Positions 38,878 through 50,628 of a DNA stretch of 64,000 nucleotides are shown piece after piece. Under the pieces are notes generated by a model, which saw only the letters and a program-made list of their open reading frames with translations, made no database searches and was not told where the DNA came from. Origin of the DNA: Takakia lepidozioides (taxonomy: Eukaryota > Plantae > Bryophyta); contig CM060733.1 in the NCBI GenBank assembly GCA_030704615.1, positions 1,550,001 to 1,614,000 of the forward strand, read 5' to 3'. Numbering within the stretch: position 1 is the stretch's first letter; every line of letters begins with the position of its first letter. Made by a program: the position numbers and the translations under genes.

Positions 38878-41800
38878 CTATCCCAAGCAGTGTGGACACA
38901 ACCAATCTCCATCAGGAACCTTCTCAAGAGGTGGTGTCAAGCATCCCATATGCCAACCCCTTGAGCATCGATCACACACCAGCATGGTGGCTGCCCCTTT
39001 GGCAGACCCACAGAGCATGCACCTCAAACCTGCAGGTACCACTGCCAAGTTTGGGTCAACTCTGTCATCGACATTGGGAAGGTGACATGGCGCACAATTA
39101 CGCACATGGTCCTTCCAAGTCATGCCATCCCGACCCTCCAAGATCAGGACCCCTGAGGGCAACACCTCTCGAACCCTCAGAATAACACGCCCTGCAGTAA
39201 CATCCAGAGTCGTAGGAGCAGTCTGCTGCAAATAAACATAGTCACCAGGGCTAAACCTCCGAACCCCAGGACGATATCCTCCACCACGTATAGTGGCATA
39301 CCTCAACGTATCACGGTGCTGTGCAATGGCAAGGTTCTCAAAAGCCATGGGCATGACTTTCTTGAACAACTCTGCACGCTGATCACATGCACGTACCCAC
39401 ACGTCCGGATCGTCAAGGTTAAGGACTTGAGCAGTGTCCCTACGAATGGCTGCAGGCAAATCCGGCTCTCGGCCAAAGAGAAGGAAATATGGTGAGAAGG
39501 AGGCAAGTGATGCTTGTTTGCTGAACCTGTAGCCCATGGCTAACCAAGGAACCTGAAGATCCCAATCTCCTAGGTGTCCCTTTGCAAGCCATACTTGCGC
39601 AAACCCCTCTTCACCGTCTGAACAACTCTCTCTGCCAAGCCATCGGCCTCAGGATGATCCCGAGAAGTGGTGCGGTGGTCTATCAAGGCTTTATCACACA
39701 AAGCCTGAAACTCCCCAAGAACTCTCTCCCTTGGTCCGTGAGTACCTCAGCTGGAGCACCAAATCGGCTAAGCACACGATCCAAGAATGCATACGCAGCC
39801 CCTCACTAGCCTTGTCAGGCAATGGAACCAACTCAATCCACTTGGAGAAGTGCTCCACCATCACCAACACATATCTGTGGTGGCGCATAGTCAGTGGCAA
39901 CGGTCCTGCGAAGTCAAGACTCCACCTGTAGCCCAATCCCATGATTGGTAAAGGATGCAACTGTGGTGTAGGGGTGTTGAATGAAGCACGCACCCTGTCA
40001 CACACCATGCACCTAGCCACGAACTGTTGCACCTCTGTATGCATACCACGCCACCAATACTGCCCCTGCAGTAAACTGTGAGTGCGTCGCACTCCAAAAT
40101 GCCCCAACTCCTCATGGGCATGCCGCACTAACCGTGCACGCTGTGTGGGGTGAGGCACAATCCTCACCCGACCATCCTCCCACACTCGAAGTAGGTGTAT
40201 CCCCTCCCACTTGAACCTCTTGGCTCGTTGCAGGATCCGATCCCTCTCCCTGGCAGTCACAGTGGCTGCCGTGTCTCCCGTGCGGAGGTAGTCCAACACA
40301 GCCGAATCCTCATGTATATCTCTGGCACCACCTGGCTCATCACTAGCCTCAGGGTCCTCAGACACTCCGTCTACAGTCATCCCTGTTGTAGGTCCAACCT
40401 GACCTCCCGATGCCAAGATACACAAAAATGCAGATGCGTGCCATCCCGGCACCATCTCCTCGTCCGTCTCACCATGCCACCGAGCTCCAGTGTCATCCTG
40501 CTGGCTCATGCATGGATTGCGACTCAATCCATCCGCATCCCGATTGACCAAACCCGGTCGATGCACAACCTGAAAGTCATACTCCTGGAGTATGAGTGCC
40601 CACCGTGCAAGCTTCCCCGTAAGCTTGTCTGACTCCATCAACCACTTGAGTGGCTGGTGATCCGTGACAAGGGTGAAAAGATTGCCGTATAGATAGCACC
40701 TGAAGTGTGCCACGGCCCACACTGCAGCTAAGCACTCTCCCTCATATGAGCTGTACTTAGCCTCTGCAGCGTTGTTCGAGCGGCTAGCATAAGCCACTAC
40801 GAACTCTCTTCCCTCATCATCCACCTGTGTGAGCACCGCTCCAAGCCCCAGCATGCTCCAATCCGTATGCAGCTGAAAGGGACGCCCCCTGATAGGTCGT
40901 CTCAGGATAGGCGCCGAGGTCAACCTCGCCTTGAGCTCTTGAAAAGCTCGTTCCTGCTCATCTTCCCACTGCCACTCCTGGTCCACCTTGGTCAGCTTGG
41001 TTAGAGCCTTTGCAATGGTACTAAATCCCTTGACAAACCGTCTATAATAGTTTGCCAACCCCATGAAAGCTCGAACTCGGCTCACATCCGTGGGGCGTGG
41101 AATTTGTGCAATGGCCTCTACCTTAGTCTGCTGTACCCCCAATCCTCCAGGATATATCATGTGACCCAGATACTCAATCTGGTTGTGGAAAAACTTGCAC
41201 TTCCCCGGATGCAACTTCAATCCGTGCGCTCTCAAGCGCTCCAATACCACCTGAAGGTGTCTCTCATGCTCCTCCATCGTAACACTAAAGATGATGATGT
41301 CATCTATGTAGCACCGAGCAAAGTCCACCCCTGCTAGAATCCTATCCATGACTCTCTGAAACTCTGCAGGAGCATTCTTAAGCCCAAATGGTAAGAACCG
41401 CCACTGATATAGGCAATCCTTGCCGTGCTCATTGATCCCCCAGAATGTCGTCTTCTGCTTGTCCGCCTCCTTGATTGGCAACTGGTGATATCCGGATCGT
41501 AAATCCAAAGTGCTAAAGACCTTAGCATGCCCGATGGCATCAAAGATCTCCTCTGGTGTTGGCATGGCATACTTATCGGACTTGGTCTGACGATTTACAG
41601 GCCGGTAATCACCGCACATACGTCTCTCCGTCCAATTGCCATAGACATCCTTCTTGGCTGGCATCACTGTGGCTGAAGCATACTCTCCACCAGAGAGCTC
41701 CACCAAACCTGCCTCCCAGAGATCTTGAGTCCTCATCTGAATCAAAGACCTCTCCATGTCACTGTATCTATAGGGTCTCCGAAAGATTGGCGTGTCAGTG

Positions 41801-41880
41801 GCCAACTCAATACGGATCTCTTGACCCTTCAGTGCTCCCAAGTCCTTCAAACTGAAGGCAAAGCAATTCCTGTAAGCCCT
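38878..41880 (-). pseudogene. Gypsy pol: RT, RNase H, integrase, PHD finger (frameshifts near 39700-39800)
   Basis: RT: RMCGDYR, LDLRSGYHQ, LPFGLKNAP, YIDD. RNase H: LHTDWS, YEGECLA, TDHQPL. Integrase: H..H..CMVC plus core. PHD: CMLC..CDRC..HMGC..WLCPHC (38887-39021). Confidence 0.95.
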
Positions 41881-42309
41881 CAGGAACCGCCGTATACGTC
41901 GTCTCTCTCCTCCGGTGACAATGGGTCCAATGTCAGGCTCCCAATTGTCCTCCGTAACTGCAACCTTAAGTCCAGTGGGCTTAGAGGTAGAGACGCGTCC
42001 AGTGGTTGCTATGTTGCAACCTCTTGAGCAGTACTCCCTACCTGCTCAGTCAGTGACAAGGCCTCATCCTGCCCCATCATCTCATCCTCAAGGACTTCCT
42101 CACCCGAGAAAAATCCCCAACCTCATCATCATCGCCACCTTGGCTGCCAACTCCCTCTGAACCTCGAGCACCTCCCACGTGTGCCATGGATGCCTGCACC
42201 CCGTGGTCCTCACATGCTCGCCCCCACTCACTGCCTGTACCGTCTCGGTAGGCAGAGAGACCATCGAGGGAAGTGTACTCCGCACTCTGCGTTGCTCAGC
42301 CATAGCCAA

Positions 42310-43155
42310 GCTGATAATCCAGGTCAAGCAATTGAGATCCATTGCTTGCCCCAACACTTGACGACGTGATGCCTCAGAAAGAGACGACATCGCCGTGGTA
42401 CCAGTGGTAAAACCCATTTCCCGCTCACGCTCGTCAGCATTAGGCTCCACTAACTACTGCAACTGAGCATCCCACAGGAGGCCAGGTCCACTATCTCGGA
42501 AAGCATGCGATCCTGGGAAGCTGAGCAGTGTAGGTAATGCTGCTCGTGGTTGACCCACCTTGTTGACCACTGCCAAAGGCGAACGGTCATCGTGTCTCAC
42601 ACGCTGAGATTGCCTCCCTGTGTCCAGAATGCTATCCACTGTGAGATGTGCTGGCCGCTGCACCCCATCAAATGCATGCTTGAGCAGTGCGGGTGGCATC
42701 AAGTTAGTCCACCATAGCCGTGGATGATGAGCCCCGTGACCCCACTGTAGCTGCATCTAGCAACACTGCTGACCCAAGCCACGACCGGACTTGATGCACA
42801 CTGGCCATCACCCTGGCCCGAGAATCGCCCATCAGTGGCACATTCTCCAAGATGTATGTTGGAGATACAGCTTGATGAAGCTGCAAGTGGCGCAAAACCC
42901 GCACCATCTCCCAAAACAGACCCGACCTCGAGTCTCGTAATCCATTGCCATGCCCGGCTGATGAATGCCATTGGCAGGGCAACCCTGCCACTACCAGATC
43001 AGTGGAGCCAATCCGCTCCAAATCCTGCGCCCCCAGCAACAAAATGTCTGCTGGCAAGGCCTGCTGATATCCACGAATTGTAGACACCTGCCTGTAACAC
43101 AGCAGCCAATCCGGTGCTGATCCCGCCAAACAAGTCCAGAAGACAAATGTCTTCA
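42310..43155 (-). pseudogene. C5 cytosine DNA methyltransferase domain within Gypsy pol
   Basis: Ordered motifs: I LLDLFGGI (about 43119-43142), IV DLVVAGLPCQ (about 42972), VI ILENV (42839-42853), VIII HHPRLWWTN (about 42703-42729), IX EREREMGF (about 42409-42432), X VLGQAMD (about 42337-42357). Two frameshifts and one stop. Confidence 0.9.
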
Positions 43156-43433
43156 TCCGGATACTGCCACACAATAGGTGTGGTGTCCAATGGAGACAAC
43201 TGAGGTGGTCCTGGTGCAATCCCTGCACTCTCCTCCTCTCTTGACGGTACAAAAACCTCTACCCAGGCTTGTTGCACCCGTCGATCAGCATCCCGCTGCA
43301 AATCCTTGCTCGTGCCCCACAATGGAGTCTGAGCAACCATGGTAGGCAACTCCGCCATACCATACATGTCCTCCTACTCTCCCAGAGGTGGCACATCCTC
43401 TGAATGAGCGTTGCCCTCAAGTAGCTCTCCAGG

Positions 43434-43839
43434 TCAATTCACTGCCGCTGTGAATGCTGCTAGTGTCGGCATCTTGCCTCGTTGGGCAACCGCAACTCCT
43501 CCTATGAATGTCACAGGGAGCTGCACACGCCGGCCCTCCCCTGACTGCCATCCAGGCCTATAAGAAGCTGACTCCTCCCAAAAATCTAGGGTGATGCCCA
43601 TGGGGTACAACACTGCCCCACCAACCAGGACATCGTACGAGACCGCGTCTGTCATAATGGCCTTGGTTTGCATTACTGAGCCATCTGTAGGGTGATCCGG
43701 CCGTAGTCTGATAGCCAACTCATGCCGTATCATGCCCCGAGCCTGCTCCGATCATCCCAGAGACGTCTGTATTTGGAAAAGACAAGGCTCCATATCCGCC
43801 TTCGTGAGGCCCAAGCCTGCAATAGCAGCTCTGCCCAAC
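43434..43839 (-). pseudogene. C-terminal half of retroviral-type aspartic protease
   Basis: LGRAAIAGLGL..FQIQTSLG*..SYDVLVGGAVLYPMGITLDF contains the D-hydrophobic-G motif. The D(S/T)G active site is lost at the 43839 breakpoint. Confidence 0.65.
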
Positions 43840-44927
43840 CTCAAACAGAAAATGTCATCCTGGTTGTCTAACATGACAACTCCAGGTGTAACATGGCGTG
43901 CTCAATGGCTGGCCTAGCTAGCAGTTCCATCAATCTGGCAGCTGCAGCTTGCCATGGCGCTACCGTGGCAGTCTTGACCCTCAAATCCGAGGATCCCTCT
44001 GGCACTACACCTCCCACTATCTCCTGACAGAGTAGGAAGTGGTCACTACTCAAGATGTTGCAGCATAACAAACACGGGATGCGTCTTCTACCTCTACGTC
44101 TGCTGAACTCAAGGTTGCAGTCACGGAGGACAACTGGGAGCCTGATGTTGGACCCATAGTCACCGGAGGAGAGAGACGACATATACGGCGGTTCTTGAGG
44201 GCTTACAAGAACTGCTTTGCCTTTAGTTTGAAGGACTTAGGAGCACTGAAGGGTCAAGAGATTCGCATTGAATTGGCCACTTACACGCCAATCTTTCGGA
44301 GACCCTATAGATACAGTGACATGGAGAGGTCCTTGATTCAGATGAGGACTCAAGACCTCTGGGAGGCTGGTTTGGTGGAGCTATCTGGTGGAGAGTATGC
44401 TTCAGCCACAGTGATGCCACCCAAGAAGGATGTCTAATATCTATGACAATTGGATGGAGAGACGTATGTGCGGTGATTACCGGCCTGTAAATCGTCAGAC
44501 CACGTCCGATAGGTATGCCATGCCAACACCAGAGGAGATCTTTGATGCCATTGGGCATGCCAAGGTCTTTAGCACTTTGGATTTACGATCCGGATATCAC
44601 CAGTTGCCGATCAAGGAGGCGGATAAATAGAAGACAACATTCTGGGGGATCAATGAGCATGGGAAGGATTGTCTATACCAGTGGCGGTTCTTACCATTTG
44701 GGCTTAAGAACGCTCCTGCAGATTTTCAGAGTGTCATGGACAGGATTCTAGCAGGGGTGGAGTTTGTTCGGTGCTACATAGATGACATCATCATCTTTAG
44801 TGCAACGGTGGAGGAGCATGAGAGACACCTTCAGGTGGTATTTGAGCGCGTGAGGGCGCACGGATTGAAGTTACATCCGGGGAAGTGCAAGTTTTTCCAC
44901 AACCAGATTGAGTATCCGGGTCACATG
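43840..44927 (+). pseudogene. Second, oppositely oriented RT fragment of the same Gypsy family
   Basis: About 44025-44927 is an inverted homolog of about 41158-42050 (KDLGALKGQEIRIELAT..YIDD..GHM), with stops and frameshifts. It is cut by the LINE tail. Confidence 0.93.
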
Positions 44928-45758
44928 AGAGAGAGAGAGAGAGAGAGAAGACTCCGGCCGAGGCCGGCGTAACTAAGAGCCACTTCACCTTGCGGCTACT
45001 GCCCCCTCTCAGGGGTAGGCCCTATAGCAAAAAAGTGTCCAGGGGGACACCAGATGACCGCTAAGAATAGAGGGGGTGAGGATACCCCTAGGTACCCAGG
45101 GGTATCCTGGGGGACCGATGTCGCGTTTGAAGTGCCGGATTCCAGTTGGTGTTTGTTGGTGATAATAGCTGTGAGTGAACGGAGTGCTGTGAGACGGATT
45201 TCTTTGAAACATTTGTAGATGGGAAGAATGGGAATTTGGAAGTTATCGTGTATGTCCGTGATACTGGTGTTATGAATGCCACCTCGAGTGTCGGCTGTGA
45301 TGAAAGTTAACGGGCCGGTTTTCCAGCCACGCCTTCGGAGTGCAAGGATAAGCGGGGCATATTTTTGACGTTTTTCTAAGATAGAATTGTTTGGATAACG
45401 ATCATGGCAAAATGTGAATTCAATGAAATGGATGGTGAGTTGTGGGGATGGTGAGGTGGGGGGTAAAGTGTTGATAGGTAGACCTTGGACGAGGAGTATG
45501 TCGGGCAAAGTCGACGGGGCATGAGCATGGTGATCGGGTACATATGCTGGTAGTAGTCATGGTGGTACTGTGCGGTCGGGTGGCCATCCCTGGTAGGTGC
45601 CTGCATTCATGAGCGAGAACCACCGGTTTTCAGCACGTTTTAGAAAGAACTTATAGAGGTGCCAGACCGCCTGGTTATGACGCGTGATATGCAAGCCATG
45701 TATAACTGGGTGTGTACATTGGCTGAGGAGATGTGGCCAAGTGTCACGAGCTTGGTGG
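44927..45758 (-). mobile_element. 3' part of a non-LTR retrotransposon with a restriction-like endonuclease and (TC)n tail
   Basis: HLLSQC..TRHNQAV (end of zinc knuckle plus RHN), PDILLV..IHFIEFTFCHD..EKRQKY (PD..E..K..KY pattern). Ends in (TC)n at 44927-44948. The 5' part runs into the gap. Confidence 0.85.
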
Positions 45759-46258
45759 NNNNNNNNNNNNNNNNNNNNNNNNNNNNNNNNNNNNNNNNNN
45801 NNNNNNNNNNNNNNNNNNNNNNNNNNNNNNNNNNNNNNNNNNNNNNNNNNNNNNNNNNNNNNNNNNNNNNNNNNNNNNNNNNNNNNNNNNNNNNNNNNNN
45901 NNNNNNNNNNNNNNNNNNNNNNNNNNNNNNNNNNNNNNNNNNNNNNNNNNNNNNNNNNNNNNNNNNNNNNNNNNNNNNNNNNNNNNNNNNNNNNNNNNNN
46001 NNNNNNNNNNNNNNNNNNNNNNNNNNNNNNNNNNNNNNNNNNNNNNNNNNNNNNNNNNNNNNNNNNNNNNNNNNNNNNNNNNNNNNNNNNNNNNNNNNNN
46101 NNNNNNNNNNNNNNNNNNNNNNNNNNNNNNNNNNNNNNNNNNNNNNNNNNNNNNNNNNNNNNNNNNNNNNNNNNNNNNNNNNNNNNNNNNNNNNNNNNNN
46201 NNNNNNNNNNNNNNNNNNNNNNNNNNNNNNNNNNNNNNNNNNNNNNNNNNNNNNNNNN
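45759..46258. other. Assembly gap (500 N)
   Basis: Run of n. Confidence 1.
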
Positions 46259-46264
46259 TTGCAG

Positions 46265-47630
46265 ATATTGGCCCAATGGTGCATGTCCAGCAGACTCCAC
46301 CGCATGGTAGGGATCCGTGAGAAAAGAACAAGGGGGTGTTGATCCCAAGGACCGTACCATGCAGTGGAACATCCGACGAGGGTCATTCGCCCTACCAGGT
46401 TGGAGATGGCCAACGTCGGATTCCTTCGCCATGATGGAGTCGAAGAAATCTGATTACAAGGGCGAGCCATCACCAGTGTGGGAGAGGATTGTACAGTTCC
46501 TCGGCACGGTGCGTGTTCTCTTTTTCATCTTCTCTGCAGTGGGCATGGATCGTTTCATCTCCTTGAGTATTCCATTGTAATTTTGTTTGCAGGCTAAAAT
46601 GACCAAATCCTGGTGAACGGGAGAAGCATATGCAGCCGAACTCATAATCTTGGACATCCCTGATGGGTTGGCAGTCCCGGATGTCCCTCCACGGGTGCTT
46701 TGTCGGGTTGAATGCTTTGATGAGCGCTACTGGCGGTGGGTTTTCTCCTTTTGCAATTTTTCCTGCGATGAGGTGTTTGGTGCTCATACAGTCCGCCGAC
46801 GTTCGCTGTCGCGTGCACTTGCCAGCTATTTGAAAGCCTCGGGCATGAGAGTCCTGAAGACATGGAATTGTGTGAACAGCATTACCTACGAAGGGGGATC
46901 GTCTGGGAGAGATGGTAAATTTACCTTCTTCTTCCTCTACTTGTGGTTCTCCGGTGGAGTTGTATAGGTCGCTCGATCTCATATGTAGGGGCCTGATTTT
47001 TTAGCTTCTTAGTTCCTTCTGAATGTGTTGTTCGCAGACTCGTTTGTTTGAAGCTGTTTGTCTCGTCCGAGTGCATCCACCAACGACTCCGGCCGGCATT
47101 TCGGAGTTCGCCATCACTCATGGGGGCAAGTTCATAGACGACAGGACAGATCCTCCAACGGATGACATGCACCACAACTACGTCGACAGCAACGTCTGCT
47201 TGCGAAGGGGGAATGGGGTTCCTTGGAGAGGGCGAGGGAGAGGAGCCCGGCTTTCATTCAAACGATTGTGGAGTGATGCACCTACACAGACGCCAGAGTT
47301 CTGGATTTGTCAATGGGCACAGGTTCGTCTCTTCAACATTCGGATTTCATGAGGTTGATTGAGCTTGCACTTTCAGTACTTCCCACCGTTCCATATGTGT
47401 CTTCAATGGTCTGCTTCCTTCATTCTATTCCACTGCAGGTGCTTCGTACCACGCTTGCAAGGCCAGTGCCCGACATCTCTTTGGATTGAAGGGGATGCTG
47501 AGATTTACAACAACCTCCTTATGGGTTTGGGTGGACACACTTCTCAAGTCCTTCCGAAGCCCCGTCCCGCTGATATTGATACAGAGGAGACTTCCGACAA
47601 GGAGCTGGACTCCGACTTTGACTGTGAGTA
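46265..47630 (+). pseudogene. Intron-containing beta-class amino-(N4C/N6A)-DNA-methyltransferase-like gene, degenerate
   Basis: Introns 46509-46592, about 46915-47037, and 47323-47438. YAAELIILDIPDG at the motif IV position (46653-46664), then PWRG/ARERSPAFIQTIVE*CTYTDARVLDLSMGT|GASYHACKASARHLFGLKGDAEIY, which fits the KP..li..t..gd.vlDpF.GsG..a...gR...G.E.d pattern. Confidence 0.72.
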
Positions 47631-48589
47631 AGTTCAACCTGTGCATGCTTGCATTGTTGTTTCAATATCGAGAATCACTCTTCTTGAGGCAAAGTTCACA
47701 TGGCAGACATCCTCTTCGTTGGACTTGTGTATTGCATATTGTGTTTCTGAATGGGTTTTTGGTCGACATGTGCAGGAGTCCGCGTGCTTCCACTTGCCCT
47801 CCAGGGCTATCACACCTGTTTGGACTTCTTTCCAGTCCTCCTTGGTCTTGCGTGCTACCTGTCTATGCGGAGGCACTCGCAACAAGCATGAACCGTTCAT
47901 GGCACTCGGAGTCCACCTATCCACGGCCGTGGTAGAAGACGTGGTTTGTTGGGGCCAGAATCTTTGTGGATGACATAGCACAGGAGGTCGAGACTGATTC
48001 TGATGACTGTGTGACACTTGATATGAAGTTTTCTTTTCGTTTTATTCGGGGCCAAATTTGAAATAGGATGGTTGTGTGTCCTTGTTGTCCTGTTTGCAAT
48101 GTGTGCGTGGAATGCACATTAATGGGAACAAACTATTGTTGGAGATGGGGGTTGCATGGACTGCCCGGATTGTTCCTTCAATCTATTTAGTGTTCTCTGG
48201 ACCTCACAGACTTGAGTGCATTGCAAATACAAACAAACGACTTTGGTTCGTGTAGAGCATTCTCGCATCAGTTGCTCGTTGGTCTCCAAACCATTCCTGC
48301 TAGAAGAATGGTTGGTGAATCCATCACGGTGAAGTCCACCTCATCAAAGAGCTGTGAGGCATTCTCAAATCTAATGAGCATCCATGATGCTCCCGCACAT
48401 ACCTGGCATGTCGCAAGGGGTGTGAGTAAGAAAAGATTTCGCAGGTTTCGCTTAGATCATGTCAGTGGCACCTCCTCACGACGTACCCACATAAACTTGT
48501 GAGGGCTTGGTATGTTGATAACGTCTGCATGGATGCAATGGATAACAATGGATGTAACATATCCACTCTGCATTCCCGGAAATGGCTGA

Positions 48590-48720
48590 TCAACCCGCGG
48601 AAATAGGTGACACCCGCGGAAATAGGCCCTGTATGTATGCTGACGTGCGGTGAGCCTGTGCTGGGCTCACGATTCCTGGCTCACAGGCTCACGCCTCCGG
48701 GCTCACAGAATAGCACCCCC
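48590..48720. repeat. Putative element-end sequence shared with 59545-59710
   Basis: CCGCGG.AA..GGTG.CA..CCGCGG.AATA followed by a GTGAGC/GCTCAC cluster occurs downstream of both MTase-family gene copies. Confidence 0.6.
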
Positions 48721-48839
48721 CGAGGACAGGCTCCGCTTCATAGGGGAAGTCATCTGTGGAAGGCCCTCTGTTGCATTTCCCAAACCCTCTTCGTTGCCGA
48801 CACTTGCATGAACCTAAACACATTATGCAATCCTCCATG

Positions 48840-49640
48840 AATGGTTCCCAGCGCTATGCCACAAGCGCGCAACTAACTAGACTCGGACTTGATGCTTGCA
48901 CAAATTGCCTTTCATTGCCCATGGGCAAGTGCAAGAAGCCCATTCGCATCCGGGGTGTAAACAATGTAAATGTGTTTGGGTGATTGGTGTTAGAACATAG
49001 GCTGGTTGACCAGGATGGAACGAACAAAGAGTGACATTGCAAGCTGGGATATCGCGTGCCGCAAAGCACAGAATGGACATGTACTTCTCCTGTTTGTCAT
49101 TCCTTATGAATCCGTGCGTATTCAGTGAATGCATACCGGTGTGTTAGCACACGGCCTGTGTTCCCATATGTGCCAATCCACTCTACGCCCAGTCATTTTG
49201 CCTTTCCCCCTCCTCAGTCTTGCCTTCAAGTTTCCATAGTATGCCTCAATGCTAGCATTGGTGTCTTGACTGGCATGCGGAACATGGCGAGTTGTTGTAC
49301 ACCACATTGCTATTTTAGGACGCATTCCTTATCGATTTAGTCCAGAAATTCATGCCCATTCGGATATTTCTTCTCATGCGTCGGAGCGTTGTTGCTACCC
49401 ATGCAAGACCTTCTTTGATTGTGTTGGTCCACCTCTACAGTACATGAGGTCTCCCATATCTTTCAGCAAGTTTCCGGGCAGTGAGAGGATCTTTGGTTTT
49501 CGCGCATGATTTGCTTCACCCAAGCCCGCCGGACATGCCAAAGGCACAGGAAAAGAGCACTCCTCGGAAAAAAGCCCTGCAAAGTTACACATGCCCACAT
49601 GAATAAACTCAAGAGGACTTCGCCGGGGACTTGGCACTAA
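48840..49640 (-). pseudogene. MULE-type transposase fragment with SWIM finger
   Basis: QDTNASIEAYYGNLK..RRVDW and CTCPWAMKGNLCKHQ. Confidence 0.75.
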
Positions 49641-50628
49641 CCCAGTAACTGTCTAGTTGACTGGTCTGCCCGTCGTTCCAAACGGATTCAGCAGCAGACT
49701 CGCCCACTCTGACCTGCCATGAGTGTTGCCCTCACGACACCGCCAGTAGACCTGACCACGCTGGCCATGCAGCGGACTACGTAAGTGAGTCTTGCAACGG
49801 ACTTGGCCATTCCGAGGCATCAGCGGACTGGGGCCAGCAGACTCCGAACAGTCCCCTCTGGCAACTCGCCTGCGCGAGCGACCAACGACGCAATGGCGTG
49901 AGCGTGCGTGAGCGCGCGAACGTACGCTCATGCAGAGTGACGTGGCGTGAGCCTGACACACGCTGACGGGCGTGAGCGTCATGTCAGCATGCTGATGTGG
50001 CGGTAAATGATGACATGGCACTGTCCGTCATCTGCCACGTCAGCATTAACATGCGCCGCCTATAAACCTGTGGGATGGTCCTAATACCGTGAATAACCTA
50101 CAATTGCAGCATCCAACATTGTGCAATTACAAATGCTTGTTTCACTTTTACAATTACGAGGACGACAAAATATCCTCACAAAGTGTGCGCCATAAAGGCT
50201 GCCACGGAAGACCTTCCTCCCTCCTCAAATAACAATGAGAGTTAGGATCATCTTCAAAAGATGATTGTAGTGCATAGCGACAGCAAGACATGTAGACTTC
50301 GAACGGTGCAATGACAAATGTGCACTACCTAAAAGTTGTCACTCAGAGCTCACTCCGTATAGTTGGAGGCCATATCATTGCACAGCCGACGAATTGATGT
50401 GAATTACACATTCAAATCATGGTCATCCACATACCACATTACATAGTTCATGCTACCCATGTGTTGTATCCCGCTGCAAAAGAGTATCGACCTCGTTGAA
50501 ACTCATAGTGGCCTGGTGAATGAAGTTGTCACGTTTGGGATCGCAAACCATCCTCCTCAAAAATATGAAATACAAATGTTTGCAGGGTATGAATTTACCT
50601 CTCTTGCCCAAACTGGTTGATAGCATAT

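Larger units (their letters stand above)
37910..43839 (-). mobile_element. Ty3/Gypsy LTR retrotransposon, 5'-truncated: PR - C5-DNMT - RT - RNase H - IN - PHD - PPT - LTR
   Basis: Domain order read from minus-strand ORFs 43434-43733, 42100-43367, 39694-41850 and 38878-39537. Confidence 0.93.

Noticed and set aside
42310-43155. DNMT as bacterial contamination or a host MET1/CMT/DRM gene
   Set aside because: It is intronless, co-oriented and contiguous within Gypsy pol, has no BAH, chromo or UBA domains, and shows unpermuted motif order (unlike DRM).
45557-46473. Long ORFs spanning the N run
   Set aside because: Artefacts of the gap. The two sides belong to different elements and their adjacency is unverified.
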